From Spirochaetota bacterium (GTDB lineage: Bacteria > Spirochaetota > UBA4802 > UBA5368), in assembly GCA_025457965.1 (NCBI GenBank), contig JALOTJ010000006.1, forward strand, positions 5,162 through 69,161: a stretch of 64,000 bases of DNA, given 5' to 3'. Numbering within the stretch: the stretch's first letter is position 1; every line of letters starts with the position of its first letter. Below the pieces are notes generated by a model that did not search any database, was not told where the DNA came from, and saw nothing but the letters and a program-made list of their open reading frames with translations. Below are positions 1 to 8,470 of the stretch, in pieces. The position numbers and the translations under genes were made by a program.

Positions 1-245
1 GCTACGTGGAGATTTGTCCGCGGAGCGCGAAGGAGATAGGCGTGCGCGACCGCTGGCCGGTGCGCGTGGTTTCGCCCCACGGCGAGATGCGCGTGGATGT
101 GAAGGTTTCGGAGGACGTAAAGCCCAACACGGCCTATGCGCCGTACTTCGTCCAGGAAATGATCTCGCGCTTTTTGCTTGGGCACACCGAGGTTCTCAGG
201 CAGGGAGAAGACGCAACGATTCCAGTAAGGATTGAGAAGGTATGA
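1..245 (+). CDS. Molybdopterin oxidoreductase catalytic subunit, C-terminal end only (formate-dehydrogenase-type); 5' part upstream of window
   Basis: Frame is open back to base 3. The tail ..GVRDRWPVRVVSPHGEMRVDVKVSEDVKPNTAYAPYF.. has the pattern of the C-terminal molybdopterin-dinucleotide-binding barrel of FdhF/FdhA-like enzymes. ATGA stop/start overlap with the next gene; hydrogenlyase context. Confidence 0.6.
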   Translation, partial: YVEICPRSAKEIGVRDRWPVRVVSPHGEMRVDVKVSEDVKPNTAYAPYFVQEMISRFLLGHTEVLRQGEDATIPVRIEKV

Positions 246-1309
246 CCATGTTCCTTATCAAGAAAGCCGACGTCGGTAAAATCGCGCAGGAGCTCGGCCG
301 GGAATACCAGGTATACGGCCCCATGATCGAGAAGGGCTCGGGGCAGACCTTCTTCGACAGGGCGGAAGACGTTGCCGAGATCAACCTTTCGGCACCCATC
401 CCGTCAAACCCGCCCAAGTCGGTCGTGTTTCCGCAGATGGAGCGCATTCTTTCATACGAATACGACAGGACGAAGAACACGGTAAAGATGGAGCCCGATT
501 ACGAGGTGACGCCAAAGGCGCTTGTTGGCCTTCGCCCCTGCGACCTGGCCGGCATGCTCTGCCTGGACCGCTTCTTCATGGGGCAGGAGTTCGTTGACGA
601 GGTGTACCTGAATCACAGGAAGAAAATGTTCATCGTCACCAATACCTGCGTTACTCCCTTCAAACAATGCTTTTGCGTATGCACCGACAGCGGGCCGGCG
701 GCGGGTGAGGGCTATGACCTCAATCTTACCGACCTCGGCAAAGAGTACCTGGTAGAGGTCGGCTCCGAGAAGGGTGCGGCGCTGGCGGCGAAGCTCTCTC
801 TCGCCCCGGCGAACGATTCCCATCTCGCGCTGAAAAAGGAGAAGGTCGATCAATCCATCGCCATGTTCGAGGACATCGCCGTCGATTCAAAGGCGTGGGT
901 CTCGCGCGTCATGAACCGCGTCACCACCGGCTTTGTAAAGGACGATGTGTGGGAGTATATCGGCGACCAGTGTTTCGAGTGCGGGGCCTGTACCTTCGTA
1001 TGCCCGTCGTGCTCGTGCTTCAACATCGCCGACGTCAACAACACGGACTGCGCCGGCTGCGCGGACCGGCTGCGCACCTGGGACTCGTGCTCGTACGAGG
1101 GATATTCGCGCATGGCGGGAGGCCACAATCCCCGCAAACCCGTTGAGGACCGGCGCAACAAACGGTTCTTCTGCAAGCTGTCATACTCGCAGATGAAGAA
1201 GTATCTGCGGCCGGGCTGCGTAGGGTGCGGCCGGTGCGCCTGGGTGTGTCCCGGCGATATCGGTCTGCCGAACGTCGTGACCTATGTCAGAAGGGAAATA
1301 ACAGGGTAG
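242..1309 (+). CDS. Iron-sulfur electron-transfer subunit, AsrA / sulfhydrogenase-beta (HydB)-like
   Basis: 355 aa. Ferredoxin-type Cys motifs (CFECGACTFVCPSCSC and CVGCGRCAWVCP) follow a long N-terminal domain, the layout of anaerobic sulfite reductase subunit A / hydrogenase beta subunits. ATGA overlap with the upstream gene. Confidence 0.65.
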   Translation: MTMFLIKKADVGKIAQELGREYQVYGPMIEKGSGQTFFDRAEDVAEINLSAPIPSNPPKSVVFPQMERILSYEYDRTKNTVKMEPDYEVTPKALVGLRPCDLAGMLCLDRFFMGQEFVDEVYLNHRKKMFIVTNTCVTPFKQCFCVCTDSGPAAGEGYDLNLTDLGKEYLVEVGSEKGAALAAKLSLAPANDSHLALKKEKVDQSIAMFEDIAVDSKAWVSRVMNRVTTGFVKDDVWEYIGDQCFECGACTFVCPSCSCFNIADVNNTDCAGCADRLRTWDSCSYEGYSRMAGGHNPRKPVEDRRNKRFFCKLSYSQMKKYLRPGCVGCGRCAWVCPGDIGLPNVVTYVRREITG

Positions 1310-1318
1310 GGGAAGCGT

Positions 1319-2170
1319 ATGAGCCAGGTATTGAACATCCAGAACGGAAAGATAGTCACTATTCCCGAAATCGCCACGATCGAGGAGATCAGGGATGAGA
1401 TTCGCGAGGTGAAGACCTTCTACCTTTCGATCGACAACAAGGATATATGGAATAATTTCAAGTACAGGTCCGGGCAGTTCGTCATGTGCACGATATTCGG
1501 CGCGGGTGAGTTCGCCGTTTCGCTGCCGCCCAGTCCGGAGAACGACCGTTTTCACATAACGGTACGCACGGTCGGCAGGGTGACCAGCGCCCTCCACGCG
1601 CTGAAGCCCGGCGACAAGGTGGGCCTCCGCGGACCGTTCGGCAACGGATTCCCCTTCGAGGAATTCAAGGGCAAAAACCTGGTCTACGTGGCGGGCGGGA
1701 TCGGCCTGATACCGCTGCGCTCGTCCATCGTCCACGCGCTGCAGCACAAGAAGGATTTCGGACGGGTACTGATGCTTCACGGCGCTCGCACTCCCGACGA
1801 CCTCATGTACAAGGAAAATTTAAAGGAGTGGCAGAGTTTCGAGGGATTCGAGACCTATATAACGGTTGACGTGCCCACCCCCGACTGGAAGGGCGAGACG
1901 GGTTTCGTGCACACCCTCTTCGACAAGGCGAACCTCCCCGTCGAGAATACCGTCGCCTTCGTGTGCGGGCCTCCGGTCATGTTCAACACGGTGATCGGCG
2001 AGCTCATGAAGCGCGGCCTCTCGGACGAGAACATCTACTCGACGCTCGAGCGGCACATGAAGTGCGGCGTGGGCAAGTGCCAGCACTGCGCCGTGGGGAG
2101 AACCCTCGTCTGCACCGACGGGCCGGTGTATACCTACCGGCAGATCAAAACGCTCGGCGAGGAGATATAG
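1319..2170 (+). CDS. FAD/NAD(P)-binding oxidoreductase with C-terminal 2Fe-2S site, AsrB / sulfhydrogenase-gamma (HydG) / PyrK-like
   Basis: 283 aa. Ferredoxin-NADP-reductase-type signatures (RSGQFV, VAGGIGLIPLRS) and a terminal Cys cluster CGVGKCQHCAVGRTLVCTDGP. AGGGGA SD-like sequence just upstream. Confidence 0.7.
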   Translation: MSQVLNIQNGKIVTIPEIATIEEIRDEIREVKTFYLSIDNKDIWNNFKYRSGQFVMCTIFGAGEFAVSLPPSPENDRFHITVRTVGRVTSALHALKPGDKVGLRGPFGNGFPFEEFKGKNLVYVAGGIGLIPLRSSIVHALQHKKDFGRVLMLHGARTPDDLMYKENLKEWQSFEGFETYITVDVPTPDWKGETGFVHTLFDKANLPVENTVAFVCGPPVMFNTVIGELMKRGLSDENIYSTLERHMKCGVGKCQHCAVGRTLVCTDGPVYTYRQIKTLGEEI

Positions 2171-2199
2171 CCGCCGGAGTCCGCGGCTTATTGATACTG

Positions 2200-2715
2200 A
2201 TGGAACGGAAAGCGATGAGCATGGTCGATGACATACGAAACGCCCTTTCAGGCCGGGTCTGCATCGTGGGCATGGGAAACACCCTGCTCGGCGATGACGG
2301 CGCGGGCGTTGTCATTGTCGAGGCGCTCCGTGGCGCCGGCGCTAACGGCCGCGCGCACCTGGTGAACGCCGAGGACATCATCGAGAGCCATGCCTTCGAG
2401 ATCGCCGACGGCGACTGGGACAGGATCGTCGTGATCGACGCGGTGCGCTTCGGCGGCAGGCCGGGGGACGTGATGTTCGGCAGCTTTTCCGAGATCGGTG
2501 ATTTGTTGAACGGCTACTCGACCCACAAGCTTTCGCTGCGCCTTTCGGAATCGATCTGGCGGGAGCGTGGCAAAGACACCTACCTCCTCGGGATCGAGCC
2601 GGAAAGTCTTGATTTCGGAGAGGGACTTTCGCAGGCCGTAAAAAAGAGCGCCGACACGCTCGGTGACATACTTCTTGAAGCAGTTAAACAGCACCCCGAA
2701 GGAGCATGTGTATGA
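2200..2715 (+). CDS. hycI: [NiFe]-hydrogenase maturation endopeptidase (HycI/HybD family)
   Basis: GMGNTLLGDDGAG motif near the N-terminus, then VIDA, STHK and LGIEP motifs typical of the family. Start set at ATG 2200 because the ORF-track start (1963) lies inside the preceding gene in another frame. Confidence 0.75.
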   Translation: MERKAMSMVDDIRNALSGRVCIVGMGNTLLGDDGAGVVIVEALRGAGANGRAHLVNAEDIIESHAFEIADGDWDRIVVIDAVRFGGRPGDVMFGSFSEIGDLLNGYSTHKLSLRLSESIWRERGKDTYLLGIEPESLDFGEGLSQAVKKSADTLGDILLEAVKQHPEGACV

Positions 2716-4489
2716 GTGACCTTTATGGAAAACTGATTCTCGCGATGGCGATACTTCTCTGCTCGGCGATCGTTGTGCCGTTTGTCGCCGAAAAACGAAA
2801 GCTTGCGGGCTGGCTCAATTTCATCTTCGTAGCCGTTGCGGGGGCCATCCTTCTTTCGATCAGCTACAGCGTCATCTTCGTGCAGTCCCTCCAGACGCAG
2901 CTCGTATCGGTGGGGCCGCTCGATATGTACTTCCTCCTGGACGGTTTTTCCGGGTTTTTCCTGGGCATCATCGCCGTCATGGCAATGGTAAGCGCCTTTT
3001 ACTCGATCGAGTACATGGAGCACTACGACGACTACGGCCTGCGAAGCTACTACGCGAACTACCCGATTTTCGTACTGGGTATGGCGGGGATCGTAACCGT
3101 GGACGACCTGACCACGGGTTTCACCCTGGCCTGGCAGGCGATGACCGTCACCAGCTATTTCCTGGTTCGCTTCGAACACCGGAAGCCCGAGATTGTAAAG
3201 GCCGCCAACAAGTACCTCGTGCTCATGGAGCTCGCCTGGGTTTTCATCGTCGTCGCCGCCTTCATCGCCGGCACCTCGATGGGCGATTCGATCCATGCCG
3301 TTACCCGAAGTCTCGGGGGCACGCACGGCGCGGTGCCGTACATCGTCTACGGGCTCATTTTCCTCGGATTCGGATTCAAGGCGGCGGTGTTCCCCTTCGG
3401 CCAGATGTGGCTGCCCGACGCTCACTCCATCGCCCCGTCTCCGATAAGCGCGCTCCTTTCGGGCGTGATGATAAAGACCGGCGTCTATGGAATAATCCGC
3501 ACCTTCTTCTGGATGGTGCCGCACACAGAAACCTTTCACTTCAGCGGCGCCTTCTGGGGCGCGCTCATCGCCTCCTTCGGAGTGGTGACGCTCTTCATCG
3601 GCACCGTGCAGTCCATGAAACAGAGCCAGTCCAAACGCCTGCTCGCCTATTCCTCGATAGGGCAGGTGGGCTACATCATCTTCGGCATCGGCGCGGCGCT
3701 CTTCATGGTGAACGCCGACTGCTCTTTTTGACCAGCGGCAGCGTTCTTTACAGCACCGGGACCAAGGACCTCAACAGGCTCGGCGGACTCATCAACCTCA
3801 TGCCGGTCACCGCGCTCGTTGCGGGCATCGCCTCGCTCTCGATATCCGGCGTACCGCCCTTCAGCGGATTCGCGAGCAAGTGGACGCTGGTGTCGACCTC
3901 GCTTCTTGCCGGTGGCGAGGTGCTCTTCCTGGTGATCTTCGGAATCATCGCGCTCTTTACCAGCGCCGTGACGCTGTCCTGTTACGTAAAATTTTTCGGA
4001 ATGACCTTCACCTCGGCCGGGGCCGAGTGGAGCATCGGCAGGGAAGTGAAAGAGGTGCCGGCGGGAATGCTTATCCCGAAGCTCTTCCTTACGGCGCTCT
4101 GCCTGCTACAGGGGCTCATTCCCTTCTTCTACTTCCAGACGATCATCGGTATATTCGCGAATTCCGGCGGCTCGGCCGTATCGGCGGCTTTCAGGAACAT
4201 GCACGTTCAGGATCACGTTTTCAACTCGGCGATGGGCGTGTCGGTGAGCATTCCGGGCCTTTCGTCGGTGTCATCGATGGCGGTCCCGGCGGTGCTCCTG
4301 CTGGTCTTTGCGGCGGCGTTCGGTCTTGCCGCCCTTATCCGGCGCGCTGGTGGATCGAAGGAGCGCGAGGTTCCCACCTGGCTCTGCGGATACCAGGACC
4401 TGACCGACAAGACGAGGTACCGCGACAAGAGCATGTTCTCCGCGCTTAAAAACCTGCTGTATTGGACCGGCGGGAACGTAAAGGACTAA
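2706..4489 (+). pseudogene. Antiporter-like membrane subunit of the hydrogenase (HycC/HyfB, NuoL/M/N family), reading frame broken at about 3700-3731
   Basis: 2706..3731 (341 aa) ends ..AYSSIGQVGYIIFGIGAALFMVNADCSF*. Homology continues in another frame from about 3719 (LLFLTSGSVLYSTGTKDLNRLGGLINLMP..SGVPPFSGFASKW..) to the stop at 4489. Together this is about 595 aa, the normal size of one HycC/NuoL-like protein. Alternatives are an assembly error or a natural split (TTG 3728 overlaps the TGA). Confidence 0.6.
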
Positions 4490-4520
4490 AGAAGGCCATC
4501 CTTATTAAACGAGGTACGGT

Positions 4521-6194
4521 ATGCCAGGGATTGAAGAGATCAAAAACGGCTTAAAGAAAAAGTTCAAGGACGCCGTCGTCGCCGTTGAGGAGCAAAACCC
4601 GACGAGGCTGTTCGTGGATATAAAAAGCGCGAAGGTGCGCGAGATTTCAAACGAGATCATCGCCATGGGCGGACGCTACCTGGTGAGCATCGGGTACGAC
4701 AACATCAGCCGCGACAAGACGCTGGGCATGATCCACACCTTCGGTTTTGACAGGGATGGTATTTTCCTGTCGCTGCGCACCGCGGTCCCCGAATCGAAGC
4801 CCGTAATGGATTCCATCACGCCCGACATCCCCAATGCCGGATGGTCCGAGCGCGAATACATGGACCTGCTGGGCATGAAATTCACCGGTCATCCGAAGCC
4901 GAAGAGGCTCATCCTCGCCGACGACTGGCCGGAAGGCGTGCATCCGCTCCGCAAGGACATTCCCTGGAACCTCATGCCGCCGGCGGCCGAGGACGTGGCC
5001 TACCAGCTCGACGAGTGCCCCGAGGGGTGCAGCATCGTCCCGGTCGGCCCGTATCACCCCACGCTGCACGAGCCGGCGCACTTCGCGGTGTACGTGGACG
5101 GCGAGACCATAAAGGGAAGCGACTACCGCGGCTTTATGACGCACCGCGGCATAGAGAAGCTCTGCCAGACACAGCTGACGTATAACGAGATACCCTTCGT
5201 CGCCGAACGCATCTGCGGCATCTGCGGCTCGGTGCACGCCACCTCATACTCCCAGGCGGTTGAGCTCGCCGGCGGTATAAAGATATCGCGCAGGGCCGAG
5301 TACATCCGCACCATCATGCTCGAGATCGAGCGCATCCATTCGCACCTGCTTTGGCTCGGGGTCGCCGGTCACCTCATCGGTTTCGACACCGTATTCATGC
5401 AGTCGTGGCGCATTCGCGAGCCCATCATGTGGCTGGGCGAGCGCATGACCGGAAACAGGAAGACCTACGGGATGATCGTCATCGGCGGAGTGCGCCGGGA
5501 CATCACCCCCGAAATAAAAGAAGATATTCTGAACGTGATCGGCAAGGTCGAGGAGGAACTACTCACCGTGCAAAAGGCGATACAGGGTGACTCGGCCATA
5601 CACCGGAGGACGAAGGGCGTCGGCTACGTTTCGACAGCCGACACGGTGCTCTGGAGCCTGGTCGGGCCCGTTGCTCGAGCCCGGAACGTCGATATCGACG
5701 TACGGCGCGACTACCCGTACGCCGCGTACGATGAAATGAAGTTCGACGTGCCGGTCTTCGATTCCAACGACGTGTGGGCCACCGTGCTGGTGCGCCTGCT
5801 CGAGACCTTCGAGGCGATAAAAATAATCAGGCAATGCCTTGATAAGATGCCGAACGACGGTCCAATCCTCACCGAGCTCGAGGCGCCGATCCCGGCGCTG
5901 AAGCACGCACTGACGGCCGTGGAAGCGCCCCGCGGCGAGGTGGTGCACTATGTCATCACCGGTGAGGAGAACGCACCCGAGCGCTGGCGCGTGCGCGCCC
6001 CGACATACCCGAACCTGCAGGGGGTCCCGCTGATGCTTCTCGGCAACCAGCTCGCCGACGTGCCGATCATCATCGGGAGCATCGATCCGTGCTTTTCGTG
6101 CACCGACCGGATGGAGATAGTGGATCTGCGCTCGGGTGCCGCCAAAACGGCCTCCCAGGGCGAGCTTGAAGAGCTTTCACGGAATAAACGATAG
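4521..6194 (+). CDS. hycE: Group 4 [NiFe] hydrogenase large subunit with fused NuoC-like N-terminal domain (HycE type)
   Basis: 557 aa. The N-terminal ~150 aa form a NuoC-like domain fused to a NuoD-like large subunit. Ni-Fe ligand motifs RICGICGSVH and DPCFSCTDR are present. A 27-residue tail follows the C-terminal motif, the expected substrate for a HycI-type protease. Confidence 0.9.
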   Translation: MPGIEEIKNGLKKKFKDAVVAVEEQNPTRLFVDIKSAKVREISNEIIAMGGRYLVSIGYDNISRDKTLGMIHTFGFDRDGIFLSLRTAVPESKPVMDSITPDIPNAGWSEREYMDLLGMKFTGHPKPKRLILADDWPEGVHPLRKDIPWNLMPPAAEDVAYQLDECPEGCSIVPVGPYHPTLHEPAHFAVYVDGETIKGSDYRGFMTHRGIEKLCQTQLTYNEIPFVAERICGICGSVHATSYSQAVELAGGIKISRRAEYIRTIMLEIERIHSHLLWLGVAGHLIGFDTVFMQSWRIREPIMWLGERMTGNRKTYGMIVIGGVRRDITPEIKEDILNVIGKVEEELLTVQKAIQGDSAIHRRTKGVGYVSTADTVLWSLVGPVARARNVDIDVRRDYPYAAYDEMKFDVPVFDSNDVWATVLVRLLETFEAIKIIRQCLDKMPNDGPILTELEAPIPALKHALTAVEAPRGEVVHYVITGEENAPERWRVRAPTYPNLQGVPLMLLGNQLADVPIIIGSIDPCFSCTDRMEIVDLRSGAAKTASQGELEELSRNKR

Positions 6195-6204
6195 AGGAAA
6201 GCGT

Positions 6205-7104
6205 ATGGATATCCTGATAGCCGTGATCAACGTACTGATTTTCCTGACACTCGCCCCGCTTTTCGAGGGCGTTGTGCGAAAGCTTTACGCCAAGGTGCAG
6301 TCCCGCCAGGGCCCGCCGATCGTCCAGCCCTATTACGATCTCCTGAAACTTCTGGGCAAGGAGACGCTTTCGGCCGGCAACTGGGCATTCAGGATCGCCC
6401 CCATGATGGCGCTCGCATCCATCATAACGGCGGTGTCGCTCATGCCTCTCGGTTACACGGCGGGCTTCCTGACCCAGTACGGGGACATCATCACCGTCAT
6501 CTATCTTCTTACTCTCGGCGGTGTGTCGGTGCTGCTGGGGGCGCTTTCCAGTAAAAACACCTACGCCATGGTGGGGGCGAGCCGTGAGATGGTGACTATA
6601 ATCATGGTCGAGCCGGTGCTTGCCATGACCTTCATTCTGGGCGCGCTCAAGGCGAAAAGCCTCGCCATCGACGCCAGCATGGCGAGCTCGTTAAGCGGCT
6701 CGTACGGGTTCTCGATGGTGCTTATGCTCGTCGTCTTCCTGATGGCGCTCCAGGCCTTCGTGGCCAGACAGCCCTTCGACATCGCCGAGGCCGAGGTCGA
6801 GATAATGGAAGGTCCCTTCATCGAGTACAGCGGCCCGGGGCTCGCACTCTTCAAGTACTACATGATGATCAAGCAGATGTTTTACGCGGCGCTGTTCGTG
6901 GCGGTGTTCGTACCGATCGTCAACACCGGGTATTACCTCGTCGACATGGCGGTTCAGCTCGTTGAGATCCTTGTCGTCTTCGTGCTCATCGCCGTGCTCG
7001 GGTCGACCAATCCGAGGCTGCGCATCGACCAGGCGGTGAAGTATTATGCGATATTGATCGCCGCATCGCTCGTGGCGGTAGGACTTACGGTGTACGGAAT
7101 TTAG
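6205..7104 (+). CDS. hycD: Hydrogenase integral membrane subunit (HycD / NuoH-like)
   Basis: Start moved to ATG 6205 (AGAGGAAAG upstream; ORF-track start 6136 overlaps hycE). MDILIAVINVLIFLTLAPLFEGVVRKLYAKVQSRQGPP matches the HycD/NuoH N-terminal pattern. Polytopic membrane protein. Confidence 0.85.
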   Translation: MDILIAVINVLIFLTLAPLFEGVVRKLYAKVQSRQGPPIVQPYYDLLKLLGKETLSAGNWAFRIAPMMALASIITAVSLMPLGYTAGFLTQYGDIITVIYLLTLGGVSVLLGALSSKNTYAMVGASREMVTIIMVEPVLAMTFILGALKAKSLAIDASMASSLSGSYGFSMVLMLVVFLMALQAFVARQPFDIAEAEVEIMEGPFIEYSGPGLALFKYYMMIKQMFYAALFVAVFVPIVNTGYYLVDMAVQLVEILVVFVLIAVLGSTNPRLRIDQAVKYYAILIAASLVAVGLTVYGI

Positions 7105-7256
7105 AAGATTAAAGATTAGAAGATTAGAAGATTAACGGATTAGAAGATTTAAGATTAGAAGATTATGAATAGCGTAATAAACAGGTTCAAGACAGGGGAT
7201 TCCCCGCTTGATCGATCTTTAAATCTTGAATCTTGAATCTTAACTCCAAGGAGAAA
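7101..7256. repeat. Composite AT-rich intercistronic repeat element, copy 1
   Basis: 8 tandem 7-8 nt units of AGAAGATT type (7103-7164), a ~55-nt core, and 3 inverted units AATCTTGA (7222-7244). It ends in the AAGGAG SD of the next gene. Homologous to 8324-8464. Confidence 0.8.
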
Positions 7257-7260
7257 CACC

Positions 7261-7806
7261 GTGTGGCTGACAAGTAAGATAAAGCAGGTTTTCATGGTGG
7301 CGAAGCCCGGCGTGGTGACGCTTCGGTATCCGTTCGAGCCGCGCCCGGCTCCGAAGAACTTCAGGGGACAGCCCTACTGGGACCATCACAAGTGCATCGG
7401 CTGCGGCGGCTGCGCGGCGCACTGCCCGGCGCGCACGATCCTGGTGCGCGATCTGTGCCAGGAGCTGCGAGTGATGGTATACGACGGCTCGCGCTGCACC
7501 TATTGCGGTCGTTGTGCCGACGTGTGCCCCGAGGACGCCATCACCATGACCGAGAGCTTCGAACTCGCGACCGGGGACAAGGAAGACATCAACGAGACCA
7601 TGGAGCTGTTCATGGCCACCTGTCAGCGCTGCGGCCGCTGCTACGACCACGAGATCACCAATGCGATCGACCGCATGTCGAGGATCGGCTTCAAATATGA
7701 CAGCATCGAGATGAGGGCCGTGGTTCCGGTGAGCTCCGAGCAGTTCGACATGAAACTCTATGAAAAGACTGAAAAAATCAAAAGGCCGGAAAAGGCGGGA
7801 GAGTAG
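7261..7806 (+). CDS. hycF: Hydrogenase 2x[4Fe-4S] ferredoxin-like subunit (HycF / NuoI-like)
   Basis: GTG 7261 with AAGGAG 7 nt upstream. Two CxxCxxCxxxCP motifs (CIGCGGCAAHCP, CTYCGRCADVCP). Confidence 0.85.
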   Translation: MWLTSKIKQVFMVAKPGVVTLRYPFEPRPAPKNFRGQPYWDHHKCIGCGGCAAHCPARTILVRDLCQELRVMVYDGSRCTYCGRCADVCPEDAITMTESFELATGDKEDINETMELFMATCQRCGRCYDHEITNAIDRMSRIGFKYDSIEMRAVVPVSSEQFDMKLYEKTEKIKRPEKAGE

Positions 7807-7808
7807 CC

Positions 7809-8339
7809 ATGCTTGCTAACCTGATCAAAAAGGCGTTCCCCAGATCGCTGTGGGTGTATCACTGCAATTCGGGGGCGTGTAACGGCTGCGACATCGAGAT
7901 CCTGAATGTCCTGACGCCCTATTACGATATCGAGCGCTTCGGCATGAAGCTCGTGGCCTCTCCCCGGCACGCCGACGTCATGCTGGTTTCCGGCGCGGTG
8001 ACCCGGCCCACGCTTCCGATCGTCAAGAAGGCGTATGATGCAATGCCCTCGCCCAAACTGGTCTTCGGTATCGGTTCGTGCGCCGTTGGAGGCGGCTGCT
8101 GGTTCGACTGCTACAATGTTACCGGCGGCGCGGACAAGGCCGTTCCGGTCAACTATTACATTCCCGGCTGCCCGCCGCGCCCGGAGGCGATCATCTACGG
8201 CGTGGCGCTGGCGCTCGGTCTGGTCGAGAAAAAGGTCGCGCCCATTGAGCTCAAACAGATGGAGTTCCCGATCGATATGTACGAGCGCAACAAGGCCTGG
8301 GAAGACCGCAACATTATATACGAATTGATTAAAGATTAG
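7809..8339 (+). CDS. hycG: Group 4 [NiFe] hydrogenase small subunit (HycG / NuoB-like)
   Basis: CNSGACNGCDIE, GSCAVGGGCW and IPGCPPRPE carry the NuoB/HycG-type proximal-cluster cysteines. 2-nt gap after hycF. The last codons (ELIKD*) are encoded by repeat copy 2. Confidence 0.9.
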   Translation: MLANLIKKAFPRSLWVYHCNSGACNGCDIEILNVLTPYYDIERFGMKLVASPRHADVMLVSGAVTRPTLPIVKKAYDAMPSPKLVFGIGSCAVGGGCWFDCYNVTGGADKAVPVNYYIPGCPPRPEAIIYGVALALGLVEKKVAPIELKQMEFPIDMYERNKAWEDRNIIYELIKD

Positions 8340-8464
8340 AGGATTAAAGATTATAAGATTAAAGATTATAAGATTAAAGATTATGTATAACAGAATGATT
8401 GGATTCAAGACAAGTGATCTCCTGCTTAATAAATCTTTGAATCTTGAATCCTTAACCCCTGGAG
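8324..8464. repeat. Composite AT-rich intercistronic repeat element, copy 2
   Basis: 8 tandem 7-8 nt units (AAAGATT/ATAAGATT, 8324-8382), a core alignable with copy 1, and inverted AATCTT units (8431-8456). It ends in a GGAG SD 6 nt before ATG 8471. Confidence 0.8.
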
Positions 8465-8470
8465 CGTGAC

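Noticed and set aside
7103-8383. The possibility that the short tandem arrays are CRISPR arrays.
   Set aside because: The units are only 7-8 nt and directly abutting, with no unique spacers. There are no cas genes in the window.
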